Made by a program: the position numbers and the translations under genes | Notes under the pieces: generated by a model | What the model was told of the DNA's origin: nothing | The model's input: the letters and a program-made list of their open reading frames with translations, nothing else | Databases searched by the model: none | Part shown: in pieces, positions 1 through 9,194 of the stretch | Numbering within the stretch: the stretch's first letter is position 1 | Layout: every line of letters begins with the position of its first letter | NCBI GenBank assembly: GCA_021158105.1 | Contig: JAGGVH010000037.1 | Coordinates: forward strand, 1-40,904 | DNA from: Candidatus Micrarchaeota archaeon | GTDB lineage: Archaea > Micrarchaeota > Micrarchaeia > Anstonellales > JAGGVH01 | Direction of reading: 5' to 3' | DNA length: 40,904 nt

Positions 1-205
1 CTGACGTTTTAGGATATGCAGGAACGTTGACCTCTACAACCTTGCCCCCTCCGTACAAAGTCAATCCTTTATAATTTACCCGTGCGGTCGGTCCTGAAAC
101 TGTTGACTCTACAACTGTAACGGGCTTGTTTTCTGTGACGCACCCCATCACACTTAAAATGACCAGACCGGTCACGAGCAATAAAAGGAATTGTTTGGCA
201 ATCAT
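1..205 (-). CDS. Partial lipoprotein-like secreted protein (N-terminus only; runs off the window start)
   Basis: Minus-strand ATG at 205 reads MIAKQFLLLLVTGLVILSVMGCVTENKPV..., a signal peptide with a lipobox-like Cys, open to position 1. It is not in the ORF track because it is incomplete. Confidence 0.35.
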   Translation of the reverse strand, partial: MIAKQFLLLLVTGLVILSVMGCVTENKPVTVVESTVSGPTARVNYKGLTLYGGGKVVEVNVPAYPKTS

Positions 206-328
206 AATCTCACCCTTATACTTATCACTATTTCCATTTGAAACATTTAATAAACTACATACAATGACCTTATAAATATTATTGTTATAGGTTTAACAAA
301 ACTTAAAGTTTAATAGGTTGGTGGAGGA

Positions 329-841
329 ATGGGATGCGACAAATTTTTTTATTATCTAAACATTTTAATTTTCATAGGATTAATCATCACGATCATAATG
401 TTTATATCGTCAGGCAAACTGGTCGAACCAGTCATACTTTTTATTGTAAGCATAGTGGTTATGCCACCTGACAACACATACGACGCAGAAATTAAAGAAT
501 GCAAAATAGTCCTAAGAAAATGGTTTCTTTTAAGTGATAAATTCTCTATCAACAGTGCAACACTGAAACTCTTCTATAAAAACCCTAAATTTCCATATTT
601 ATTTAGAGGAATTATTACCATACACAATCATCCTGATGAATATATTATTGCAACAAACAGGTTGTGTTGGGGATGGTGTGTAAACAGTTTTCTTAAGAAA
701 TATGTTGAAAATGATGGCAAAGTTGAAGTATACCTTGAAAATGAAATGGTTAAATTTGACAAAAGGGAATTAATCCTTGGAGAACCAGAAATATTAAAAA
801 AGATGTTCAAACAGACTTCACATAAAAAACCTAAAAAATAA
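329..841 (+). CDS. Hypothetical membrane protein (N-terminal TM helices)
   Basis: 170-aa ORF with a hydrophobic N-terminus (FFYYLNILIFIGLIITIIMFI) and a lysine-rich C-terminus. No motif recognised. Confidence 0.4.
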   Translation: MGCDKFFYYLNILIFIGLIITIIMFISSGKLVEPVILFIVSIVVMPPDNTYDAEIKECKIVLRKWFLLSDKFSINSATLKLFYKNPKFPYLFRGIITIHNHPDEYIIATNRLCWGWCVNSFLKKYVENDGKVEVYLENEMVKFDKRELILGEPEILKKMFKQTSHKKPKK

Positions 842-892
842 GGTAGAGTTATAAGAAATGAATTTAAATGTTAATACTTATAAAATTAATTG

Positions 893-2074
893 ATGAGCAT
901 AAAAACCAAAATAATACTTGGTACAATGATAGGGGTGGCGTGCGTTGCAGGGATTTCGTCTATAACAACAATAAATACAAAAAAACCATTAGTCGACAGT
1001 CCTAAATATGTTAAAATAAAACAAAAAGAAATACGATTTGACATCTCAAAATATATTAAACCATTAAATAATAAACCAATATTAAAAGAATGGAGTTTAT
1101 ATGGGCATCTGCTTAATAAAGATAAAACTGATTTTGAGATATTGGTAAACACTGCAGGATGTAATATGATTGTTTTTGACGGGAAAGAATACTCATACCA
1201 TGACGTCATCGTTGGCAAGCTCAGAGGGCGTAAACACAGTAAATATGATTTTAGAACACCTAAAAGGAAGATGAGAGTAAGTCATGTAGTATTTAATCCC
1301 TGGTGGCATCCGCCACATAGGTGGTGGGCAAAAAAAGAAAAAGATATACCCCCGGGACCTGACAACCCATTAGGACCTGTGAAGATAATACTCAAAAATT
1401 CAAGCTACCGTATTCATGGGAACAATATGAAACTTTTTCATTCAGGACACATATCTCATGGATGTATAAGAATGAGGAATGATGAAGCGATCGAATTAGG
1501 AAAAAAAATCAATGGTGCACTTCATTATGGTAAAAAGGTCATTGTCAACATTGTTTACAAGCCAGTAGTGTTAGAAACATTTAATATTGAAAACACTTCT
1601 TTTATTTTTCTAACAGTATATCCTAATTACTATCATGAGAAAGTAAATTATAAAAAGGAGCTAAAAACACAGGTTGCATTGATACTAAAACATTCACAAG
1701 AAGATATATCATTAGATATCACACCATTATTAAAAAATTTAAGAAAACCGGGCACATATTTATACAGAGTAAAAAGAGGTCTGGACAAAATAGTTCTTGA
1801 AAAACAAGAGTATGCTCCATTATATGTTGTTAAGAATAGCAAAGATACGATTGATGTTTATGTAAACAGTGGAATGAGTTTTTCAACTAAAAGAAAAATC
1901 CTTAAGAGAGGATTGGGCGAAAGATATAACAATGAAATAGCAAACAATATCATTTATAAGAATGGAAAATACAGAATCATTTTCAACGGTGATTCAATCA
2001 ACATCACAACTTCTCAAAACAGTTTTTCCTGTTTCACAACAACCAACCCTGTTAATTTTTCGTATAATTTTTAA
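893..2074 (+). CDS. L,D-transpeptidase (YkuD) domain protein with an N-terminal signal anchor
   Basis: Catalytic motif HGNNMKLFHSGHISHGCIRMRNDEAIELG (HG...SHGC[IV]R[LM]) preceded by a signal-anchor helix. The track start at 890 is TTG, and an in-frame ATG sits at 893. Confidence 0.6.
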   Translation: MSIKTKIILGTMIGVACVAGISSITTINTKKPLVDSPKYVKIKQKEIRFDISKYIKPLNNKPILKEWSLYGHLLNKDKTDFEILVNTAGCNMIVFDGKEYSYHDVIVGKLRGRKHSKYDFRTPKRKMRVSHVVFNPWWHPPHRWWAKKEKDIPPGPDNPLGPVKIILKNSSYRIHGNNMKLFHSGHISHGCIRMRNDEAIELGKKINGALHYGKKVIVNIVYKPVVLETFNIENTSFIFLTVYPNYYHEKVNYKKELKTQVALILKHSQEDISLDITPLLKNLRKPGTYLYRVKRGLDKIVLEKQEYAPLYVVKNSKDTIDVYVNSGMSFSTKRKILKRGLGERYNNEIANNIIYKNGKYRIIFNGDSINITTSQNSFSCFTTTNPVNFSYNF

Positions 2075-2150
2075 AACAACCCAATGATTCTAAATACCAA
2101 AAATTTATTTTGCAAAAGGTTTAAAAACATAATATATCATAATTAATAAC

Positions 2151-2906
2151 ATGAAACGTGTTAAACTCTCACAAAATAAAAAAATTATAAATAATGCTAA
2201 AAAGATATTGATGAGTACTATAATAGGTTCTATGTTAGTTGCAGGAGTAGGAGGTATCACCAAAAATATAAAACATAAAAAGAATTCTCCTGTGGTATTA
2301 TCTTTACCTTTCGAAAGTTATGAACCTTTGATTGAAGACAACATAACATCTGGACCTATTAAAGTTTGCCTTACAAACATGTCAGAACAGAAGTTATTTC
2401 AGGAAAAGGTCGGTGAATTGGCATTAGAGTTAGCACTTAATCAGACATATGTAGGGAGATATAAATATTCTTATGACGACTGTTATGACTTTCTCACAAA
2501 AGTTGCATGGGCTGTAAAATACAGGACACACATTAATAATGTCAGAAAAAAGAGGTGGAATGGTCATAAAAATGTTTATGCTCTCGGATGGAACAACAGG
2601 ATACAATTCAACAGAAAACAGCTAGACATACAAACCGGTGATTTTATCTATGTTGCACACTCGCCTGTTTCATACCACCATACACATTGGGGGGTGTGTA
2701 TAAGAATAAACAATGAGATATATGTAGTCCACAAAATAAGTTCTAGACCAACTATCAGCACACTGGACTGGTTCATAAGAAACTGTAAAAGGGATAGGTA
2801 TGTTAAGATATTACGAAACAATCAAACAGTTGAAGAACCTGTTGTTGTGTCAATACCGTCATTAAAAGATTTGGCAGAAGCCAGTATTAAAAATGATAAA
2901 CTTTAA
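2151..2906 (+). CDS. NlpC/P60-like (papain-fold) cysteine peptidase, membrane-anchored
   Basis: N-terminal TM helix. Cys in SYDDCYDFLTKVAW and downstream HWGVCIRINNEIYVVHKIS are spaced like the Cys...His...His triad of NlpC/P60 enzymes. It is adjacent to the L,D-transpeptidase gene. Confidence 0.4.
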   Translation: MKRVKLSQNKKIINNAKKILMSTIIGSMLVAGVGGITKNIKHKKNSPVVLSLPFESYEPLIEDNITSGPIKVCLTNMSEQKLFQEKVGELALELALNQTYVGRYKYSYDDCYDFLTKVAWAVKYRTHINNVRKKRWNGHKNVYALGWNNRIQFNRKQLDIQTGDFIYVAHSPVSYHHTHWGVCIRINNEIYVVHKISSRPTISTLDWFIRNCKRDRYVKILRNNQTVEEPVVVSIPSLKDLAEASIKNDKL

Positions 2907-3286
2907 TTTGTTTTTTCCATTTCTTTAATAAACTTGTTTACTTTGTTTCCAATATTTTCCCAATATCTTAAATGTATCAATCCTGCCAACTTCTTTCTTA
3001 CGATTGTATCAGTATTGATTGATAAACATCTACAAACCTTCTCAACATTTTTGCACAACCTATCCCCTTCATTATCAATGTCAGTTAATATGATAACATT
3101 TTCTGCTTTGATTCTTTTTAATAATTTTTCAATGTTCTCTTGTCCTCTGCTTTGGACAACATAAACATCATTGCACCCAAGCTCACGCAGTGCATCTTTA
3201 TCCTTTTTACCCTCAACCAGTACAATGTTATTTTTAAGTTTGTTTATCAATGCCTTAAACAGTTTAAACTCATCTTTATGCTTCAT
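2903..3286 (-). CDS. Small Toprim-domain protein (COG1658 / RNase M5-like)
   Basis: IVLVEGKKDKDALRELG ... VIILTDIDNEGDRL matches the Toprim E...DxD signature. The start was moved to the internal ATG at 3286 (MKHKDEF); the 30 upstream residues in the track ORF look non-coding. Confidence 0.5.
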   Translation of the reverse strand: MKHKDEFKLFKALINKLKNNIVLVEGKKDKDALRELGCNDVYVVQSRGQENIEKLLKRIKAENVIILTDIDNEGDRLCKNVEKVCRCLSINTDTIVRKKLAGLIHLRYWENIGNKVNKFIKEMEKTN

Positions 3287-3339
3287 GATTATCACAAAAG
3301 ATATAAGAATATAAACATTTTGTTCTTTATGTAAGAGGC

Positions 3340-5115
3340 ATGAAGAAGATGACTGGCAAACAACTAAAAGAAACATTCTTAAAATATTTTGAGAGCAAAG
3401 GCCATGCGATCATTGAATCATCATCGCTCATACCAGAACATGACCCTACTGTCCTGTTCACAACAGCAGGCATGCATCCGTTGACGCCTTATTTGTTAAG
3501 CCAACCACACCCGTTAGGTAAAAGGCTGGCTGATGTTCAAAAATGCTTGAGAACAGATGACATTGACGAGGTAGGTGACAACTTTCACCACACATTTTTT
3601 GAAATGCTGGGCAACTGGTCGCTTGGAGATTACTTCAAAGAAGAAGCAATATCATTCAGTTTTGAATTCCTTACAAAAGTATTGGGAATGCCCGTAGAAA
3701 AGTTGGCTGTGAGCTGCTTTGCAGGCGACGAGCATGTTAAAAGAGACGACGAATCAGCAAATATCTGGGAACGTTTAGGAATTCCAAAAAAGAGGATTGC
3801 ATTCCTGGACAGAAAAAATAATTGGTGGGGTCCAGCTGGCGAGACTGGTCCGTGTGGTCCAGACACTGAAATGTTTTATTGGTCGAGTGATGAGCCCGCC
3901 CCAGAACGATTTGACCCTAATGATGACAGATGGGTGGAGATATGGAATGACGTATTCATGGAATACAATAAAACAAAAGAAGGAAAGTTTATCCCGCTCA
4001 AACAAAAGAATGTTGACACAGGCCTCGGTGTTGAGAGGGTGACTGCAATATTACAAGGTTATAATGATGATTATAAAACCGAATTGTTTTGGCCGATAAT
4101 CCAAGAAATTGAAGCCATAACAAACAAAAAATATGAAACCCATACAAAACTGATGCGGATCATAGCAGACCATTCCCGTGCGATAGTGTTCATATTGGGC
4201 GACGAGCATGATGTCATACCATCCAATGTTGACCAAGGATACATCTTACGACGTTTAATCCGCAGAGTAATCAGAACATTCAGGCAGATGAATGTCGGCA
4301 TAGAAAATAACAGTTTAATACCGTTAGCTGTAAAGATAATTGAGATGTATAAAGATGAATATCCACTGCTTGAAAAGAAAAAGAAATTTATAATTGACGA
4401 GATTAAAAATGAAGAACTCAGGTTTAAACGCACGCTTGACAACGGACTGAAAGAATTTAACAGGATAATTTCAAACTTGAAACCTAACGACAAGATGTCT
4501 GGCAAAGATGCATTCCTTCTCTTTCAAAGTTATGGTTTTCCAATAGAAATAACTCAGGAACTCGCAAAAGAGAAAGGGTTGGATGTTGACATAGAAGAGT
4601 TTAATAATGAATATAAGAAACATCAAGAGAAATCACGAAAAGGTGCTGTTAAAAGGTTTAAAGGCGGACTGAGCGACGCATCTGAACAGACAATTAAACT
4701 TCACACTGCCACCCACATATTAAACGAAGCACTACGGAGAGTGTTGTCTAAAGATATCAGACAGAAAGGCAGTAACATTACACCTGAGAGACTACGGTTT
4801 GACTTTAACTTTTCGCGAAAACTTACAAAGGATGAGATAAAAAAGGTTGAAGATGAAGTAAACAGAGTAATAAAAAAGGGATTAGAAGTTAAGAGGGTAG
4901 AAATGTCATTAGATGAAGCACTCAAAACCGGTGCACAGGCAGAGTTTGGGGCGAAGTATCCCAATCGTGTATCAGTTTATTTCATAGGCGACTACTCCAA
5001 AGAAATATGTATGGGGCCACATGTTAAAAACACTAAAGAGCTTGGAACATTTAAAATCATAAAAGAAGAGTCAAGTGCTGCAGGGATAAGAAGAATAAAA
5101 GCAGTGTTAATCTAA
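3340..5115 (+). CDS. alaS: Alanine--tRNA ligase, bacterial-type, compact (591 aa, catalytic + tRNA-recognition + editing core, no C-Ala domain)
   Basis: The N-terminus FLKYFESKGHAIIESSSLIPEHDPTVLFTTAGM...HHTFFEMLGNWSLGDYFK aligns closely with bacterial AlaRS motifs. The editing-domain HxxxH (HTATHILNEAL) and GPHVKNT...GTFKI are present. The ORF ends right after the editing core. Confidence 0.85.
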   Translation: MKKMTGKQLKETFLKYFESKGHAIIESSSLIPEHDPTVLFTTAGMHPLTPYLLSQPHPLGKRLADVQKCLRTDDIDEVGDNFHHTFFEMLGNWSLGDYFKEEAISFSFEFLTKVLGMPVEKLAVSCFAGDEHVKRDDESANIWERLGIPKKRIAFLDRKNNWWGPAGETGPCGPDTEMFYWSSDEPAPERFDPNDDRWVEIWNDVFMEYNKTKEGKFIPLKQKNVDTGLGVERVTAILQGYNDDYKTELFWPIIQEIEAITNKKYETHTKLMRIIADHSRAIVFILGDEHDVIPSNVDQGYILRRLIRRVIRTFRQMNVGIENNSLIPLAVKIIEMYKDEYPLLEKKKKFIIDEIKNEELRFKRTLDNGLKEFNRIISNLKPNDKMSGKDAFLLFQSYGFPIEITQELAKEKGLDVDIEEFNNEYKKHQEKSRKGAVKRFKGGLSDASEQTIKLHTATHILNEALRRVLSKDIRQKGSNITPERLRFDFNFSRKLTKDEIKKVEDEVNRVIKKGLEVKRVEMSLDEALKTGAQAEFGAKYPNRVSVYFIGDYSKEICMGPHVKNTKELGTFKIIKEESSAAGIRRIKAVLI

Positions 5116-5249
5116 ACCTTTTTGACAAACCGGGTTATCATTGTTTTTAAGTTGGGACTACTTTTCCTTTTTCCTGCTTCTTTCTTGGCTTTTGCCTTAC
5201 TCTTTTGAACCTTTTTCCTTGACTGTCTCCTCTTTGCAGACTCAAACAT
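5112..5249 (-). CDS. Small lysine/arginine-rich protein (45 aa; possible ribosomal-protein-like, eS30-like C-terminus ...TRFVKKV)
   Basis: Minus-strand ATG at 5249 to TAG at 5112 gives MFESAKRRQSRKKVQKSKAKAKKEAGKRKSSPNLKTMITRFVKKV. The plus strand here is strongly pyrimidine-rich, matching AAA/AAG codons on the minus strand. It overlaps the alaS stop by 4 nt and is below the ORF-track size cutoff. Confidence 0.35.
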   Translation of the reverse strand: MFESAKRRQSRKKVQKSKAKAKKEAGKRKSSPNLKTMITRFVKKV

Positions 5250-5329
5250 TAAACATCACCTCATGTCCTTGACTAATATCTGTTATCTATTACACATTAT
5301 TTAAAAACCTAACCATTCAAATAAATGCT

Positions 5330-6037
5330 ATGAAATATAAATCTACTGTTAATTTCAATAAAAAAAATAAAAGAAAATCAAAAGGTAGAGATAATAAAAA
5401 GGAAAAGGTTGAAGAGATAGTATTAGATATAGCATTAAAGGTTGCAAAAGAAGGCAAAGGTGCGTTGTTTGTAATAGGAAACATTAAAAAAAACAAAGAT
5501 TATGTTTGTATGTACCCAAACCTGTTTGAAAAGGTTAGGATCAATATATTAAAAAAGAAAAGTATAATACCAATCATACATAACCTTTCAACACTTGACG
5601 GTGCAGTGATAATAAAACCTGACGGTACAATCGTTGCATACGGCGCCAGAATAAAAAATGTTAAGAATCTCCAAGGGTATGGCACGCGCCATGCTGCTGC
5701 ACGCGGGGTGTCATCATTAAACACATTAGCCATTGTAGCATCAGAAGAACATCACATAGTAAGAATTTTTAAGGATGGCAGTATAATAATGGAGATTAAC
5801 CCATACACTAAAACTGTTGAAAAAAATCTTAATAAGATCATAAGACTGTTAAATTATCCTGAGATGAGTGCAATGGTTGCGGGCGCATTGGGCTCTGCAG
5901 TATTGCTTGGCACAACTGCTGCCGGTGCAGTCACTGCCACAGCAGTCCTCCCGGGAGTAATGGTGTTCACAGGCGGTTATGTTGTATCGCGGAAGATTAT
6001 GAATTTCCTTGAAGAACTTCAGAAGAACAAATCATAG
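5330..6037 (+). CDS. Diadenylate cyclase (DAC/DisA_N) domain protein with C-terminal transmembrane segment
   Basis: DAC signatures GALFVIG, LDGAVIIKPDGTIVAYGARI, GTRHAAARGVS (the RHR region) and LAIVASEEHHIVRIFKDG are present. The N-terminus is Lys-rich and the C-terminus is hydrophobic (MSAMVAGALGSAVLLGTTAAGAVTATAVLPGVMVF). Confidence 0.75.
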   Translation: MKYKSTVNFNKKNKRKSKGRDNKKEKVEEIVLDIALKVAKEGKGALFVIGNIKKNKDYVCMYPNLFEKVRINILKKKSIIPIIHNLSTLDGAVIIKPDGTIVAYGARIKNVKNLQGYGTRHAAARGVSSLNTLAIVASEEHHIVRIFKDGSIIMEINPYTKTVEKNLNKIIRLLNYPEMSAMVAGALGSAVLLGTTAAGAVTATAVLPGVMVFTGGYVVSRKIMNFLEELQKNKS

Positions 6038-6054
6038 ATGTAGAGGTGAAATGA

Positions 6055-7140
6055 ATGAATATATATGAAGGTGATTACCGTAAACTTATGATAGTCCCAA
6101 TATTATTGGTATTGGTTGCATTATTCTTTATTCCAAACATTAAACTGGGCATAGATTTCCAAGGTGGCACAGTCATACGATTGTACACACAAAACCCTGT
6201 TAACATCACTTCATTATCCAACAGTCTAACATCAAACGGATTAAAACCAAGAGACATCAAACAGATAGATACTCAAATCGGCAATGTTATAGAAATTGAA
6301 CTTTCACAAGATGAAAAACTAACTCGCGCAGAGGAATTACGGGGCGAATTTTATACGCATTTTGACAGGTATTCATACCTTGAGAGTATACTTAACAACC
6401 CGTCACTCAACGAAAATGAAAGGAACAAATATCAAAAAGAATATGGTACATTAAAAGCAATGTTCAAAAATTATACAACTGAAATGTTTACAATGAGCAG
6501 TTATTCTGGAAGTTATGACGATGCCAACAGTATGCAAAAGATGTTTGATGCTGCTTACAATAAAGTCAAAGAAGATTATCAAGACAGGGTTTCATCAGCA
6601 ATAAACATCCAATACGATTCAATAGCAGTCAAATCAGTTTCACCGTCATTAGGGATTAAATTTATTGAACGCGCGGCATCTGCAGTAGTATGGGCATTAT
6701 TGTTATCAATGGCATTAGCATTTTTTGTGTTTAGGAAGATTGAAACCAGTTTAATCGTGTTCAGCGGTGCAATGGCAGACGTAATAATCGCAGCAGGCGG
6801 CATGGGACTGTTCAACATTCAGCTAACATTGTCATCATTTGCCGCACTTATAATGATGTTGGGGTTCTCGCTTGACACTGATATGCTATTGACTATGAGG
6901 TTGATTAAACAGAGGAAAGGCACGTTGAGGGAGGCTGCATGGAACACGCTTAAAACAGGGTCTACAATGAGCATAACTGACCTGATTTCGTTCAGTGTGC
7001 TTTTAATCCTGGGATACATAACACATCTTACTACATACTCTGAAATCGCATCAGTCGCAGTGATAGGATTATTAGGTGACATGATAGCAACATGGATGTT
7101 CAACGCTCCACTTATTATGCTGATGCTAAAAGAAAGGTGA
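6055..7140 (+). CDS. secF: Protein-export membrane protein SecF
   Basis: Carries the GIDFQGGT motif, a periplasmic domain and the C-terminal multi-TM SecD/SecF domain. A strong RBS (GAGGTGA) precedes it. At 361 aa it is the shorter paralog, with the archaeal order secF then secD. Confidence 0.75.
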   Translation: MNIYEGDYRKLMIVPILLVLVALFFIPNIKLGIDFQGGTVIRLYTQNPVNITSLSNSLTSNGLKPRDIKQIDTQIGNVIEIELSQDEKLTRAEELRGEFYTHFDRYSYLESILNNPSLNENERNKYQKEYGTLKAMFKNYTTEMFTMSSYSGSYDDANSMQKMFDAAYNKVKEDYQDRVSSAINIQYDSIAVKSVSPSLGIKFIERAASAVVWALLLSMALAFFVFRKIETSLIVFSGAMADVIIAAGGMGLFNIQLTLSSFAALIMMLGFSLDTDMLLTMRLIKQRKGTLREAAWNTLKTGSTMSITDLISFSVLLILGYITHLTTYSEIASVAVIGLLGDMIATWMFNAPLIMLMLKER

Positions 7141-7145
7141 TTATT

Positions 7146-8747
7146 ATGGACAACGCTACAAATATTAGAGTTTATGTGTTTGCAATCTTTGTATTGTTAG
7201 CTGTGCTTTCAATGGGATACAGGTTTTACACCAACGGCTCCCCAGTATTCTTAGGCATAGACTTTGCAGGTGGAACACGGATACCTATACTGTTGGAAAG
7301 GCCTGTTGACAGTGCAACAATGGAACAGATTGTCGACACGATCAAAAAGAGAGCATCGTCGTATGCATTGACAGAGGCCAGAGTACGGGCACTGGGCAGT
7401 GATGAATTGGTAGTAGAACTACCAAGCAGCAACGAGGAATATGTGTCAAAGGTTGAAGAGATATTGTCATCAAAAGGCGTATTCATTGGCGTGATAGACG
7501 GTACAATCGCAGTGTCTGGTGATGAGATATATCAAGGCACCATTCATGATACTACTGCACAAGAAGCTCCGGAACATCGCGGTAGCGGTCCCGGGTTTTG
7601 GTCGGTAGGGTTCTCAGTAACAGAGAAAGGCAAATCAATGATGGCAAACGCTGCATTCGGAAAACCGAACTATCCTGTTTATATGTTCCTTGACAGGCCA
7701 ACAAACGCAGTCATATTAATCCCAAAAGATGCGATGTGGAAGAATGTTGACGAATTAAAAGAAAAGTTTGGTGGCAAGCCAGTAACATTATCAGATGACA
7801 CATTATTGAACGCTCTAAGGGATGCAATGAAACTTGAAGGGGATGACATCCCAGTCTACATTTTAGAAGACAATAGTTCTTATCAAAACATCAAACCATT
7901 AAACAATAAAACTGTTGTCCTTGTTCCTGATACTGTTTCAGATGACATTGTTGAAAACTTGAAAAATAAAGGGTTTAAGGTTGAAAAGAAACCATACAAT
8001 GATTTTGTTCCAAATTATGAAGTCAACAGTGCACTGACATTTGTTGCTGACGAATGGCCGATTGCAGGACTAATGAATGCACCAGGGATATCACCTGACA
8101 TGACACATGGCACTGCAGGATATTCTTACACAATAAACGGTGAAGAAAAAGGCGGTTCAATCGCAGAATCAGTTGAACTTGCAAAACAGGAGAAGAAAAA
8201 GATTATGTCAATATTAAAAGGCGGTGCACTGCCTGTCCAGATCAGCTTAGGGAACAGAACTATAATCCCCGCACCGTTGGGTGGCAAGTTCTTAGAAATG
8301 AGCTTGTTCGGCGCGCTTGGTGTCATACTTGCAATTGCAGTTTTTGTGGGGATCAGGTATAAAAAACCTAAAGTGATAATAGGATTATTATTAACCAGCT
8401 TAGGCGAAGTTTTAATATTAGTATCAATAATCGGTGCGTTCTCGATAGATTTAGGTGCCATGGCAGGGATAATTGCAGCCATTGGTACGTCAGTGGATTC
8501 AGAAGTAGTAATAACCGATGAACTGCTAAGCAAAAAGGGCAACATAAAGGATAGAGTTGACAGAGCATTCCAGATTGTAATGACAACAGGAGGCATTGCA
8601 GTGATAACCATGCTCCCGTTACTGTTCTCAGGGTTAACTGAAATAATCGGATTCGCAATATCAACCATGACTGGCACATTGATTGGTATGTTTATAAGTA
8701 GGCATGCATATGCGTACTATGTAAGAAAAGTTGTATTAAAAGAATAA
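7146..8747 (+). CDS. secD: Protein-export membrane protein SecD
   Basis: Carries the GIDFAGGTR motif, a large extracytoplasmic domain and a C-terminal TM bundle. The start was moved to the internal ATG at 7146 (MDNATNIRV), which follows the RBS AGGTGA. The track ORF from 7092 would overlap secF by 49 nt. Confidence 0.75.
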   Translation: MDNATNIRVYVFAIFVLLAVLSMGYRFYTNGSPVFLGIDFAGGTRIPILLERPVDSATMEQIVDTIKKRASSYALTEARVRALGSDELVVELPSSNEEYVSKVEEILSSKGVFIGVIDGTIAVSGDEIYQGTIHDTTAQEAPEHRGSGPGFWSVGFSVTEKGKSMMANAAFGKPNYPVYMFLDRPTNAVILIPKDAMWKNVDELKEKFGGKPVTLSDDTLLNALRDAMKLEGDDIPVYILEDNSSYQNIKPLNNKTVVLVPDTVSDDIVENLKNKGFKVEKKPYNDFVPNYEVNSALTFVADEWPIAGLMNAPGISPDMTHGTAGYSYTINGEEKGGSIAESVELAKQEKKKIMSILKGGALPVQISLGNRTIIPAPLGGKFLEMSLFGALGVILAIAVFVGIRYKKPKVIIGLLLTSLGEVLILVSIIGAFSIDLGAMAGIIAAIGTSVDSEVVITDELLSKKGNIKDRVDRAFQIVMTTGGIAVITMLPLLFSGLTEIIGFAISTMTGTLIGMFISRHAYAYYVRKVVLKE

Positions 8748-8758
8748 TAGGTGAGAAT

Positions 8759-9190
8759 ATGGAACAACTGATAAATAAAAACAAAGAAAAAGAACAACTT
8801 ATCGAAACTGTAAAATCTAAGATTGCTGAGGTATGGAAGAGAAAAATAATTAGCGATGATGAACTGATAAAATTGTGCAACTCGTTCGGTATAGATGTCA
8901 ACCTTATAACAAGAACTTTAAGCGCAGAAGCTGAGATGAGCTGGTTCGTAGACCCTGAAGATTTACCAGAAATCAGAAGACCAAAAGATCCTACAAAACC
9001 GCCGCCGTTTGAATACATAACATTCAGAGAAGGTTATGATAACATAAAACTACTCTCAGATATAAATATAAAAATAAAAAGCGGAGATATCAATAACATC
9101 AAAAAACTTATCATCAAGCTTGATGATATACTAAAACAAGACAAACACAACATTGACATTACCAACCTTACACCAAAACCTGTTAAATAA
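8759..9190 (+). CDS. Hypothetical protein
   Basis: 143-aa ORF that closely follows secD. Charged, coiled-coil-like, no motif recognised. Confidence 0.4.
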   Translation: MEQLINKNKEKEQLIETVKSKIAEVWKRKIISDDELIKLCNSFGIDVNLITRTLSAEAEMSWFVDPEDLPEIRRPKDPTKPPPFEYITFREGYDNIKLLSDINIKIKSGDINNIKKLIIKLDDILKQDKHNIDITNLTPKPVK

Positions 9191-9194
9191 CCTT

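Noticed and set aside
3140-3334. Small plus-strand ORFs (2934..3164, 3140..3334) upstream of alaS
   Set aside because: They lie antisense within the Toprim-protein gene and have low-complexity composition. The region is better explained as the Toprim gene plus a short divergent promoter region.
7092-7145. 49-nt overlap between the secF and secD ORFs
   Set aside because: It is an artefact of taking the longest ORF. An internal ATG at 7146 preceded by AGGTGA gives an N-terminus matching SecD (MDNATNIRVYVFAIF...) and removes the overlap.
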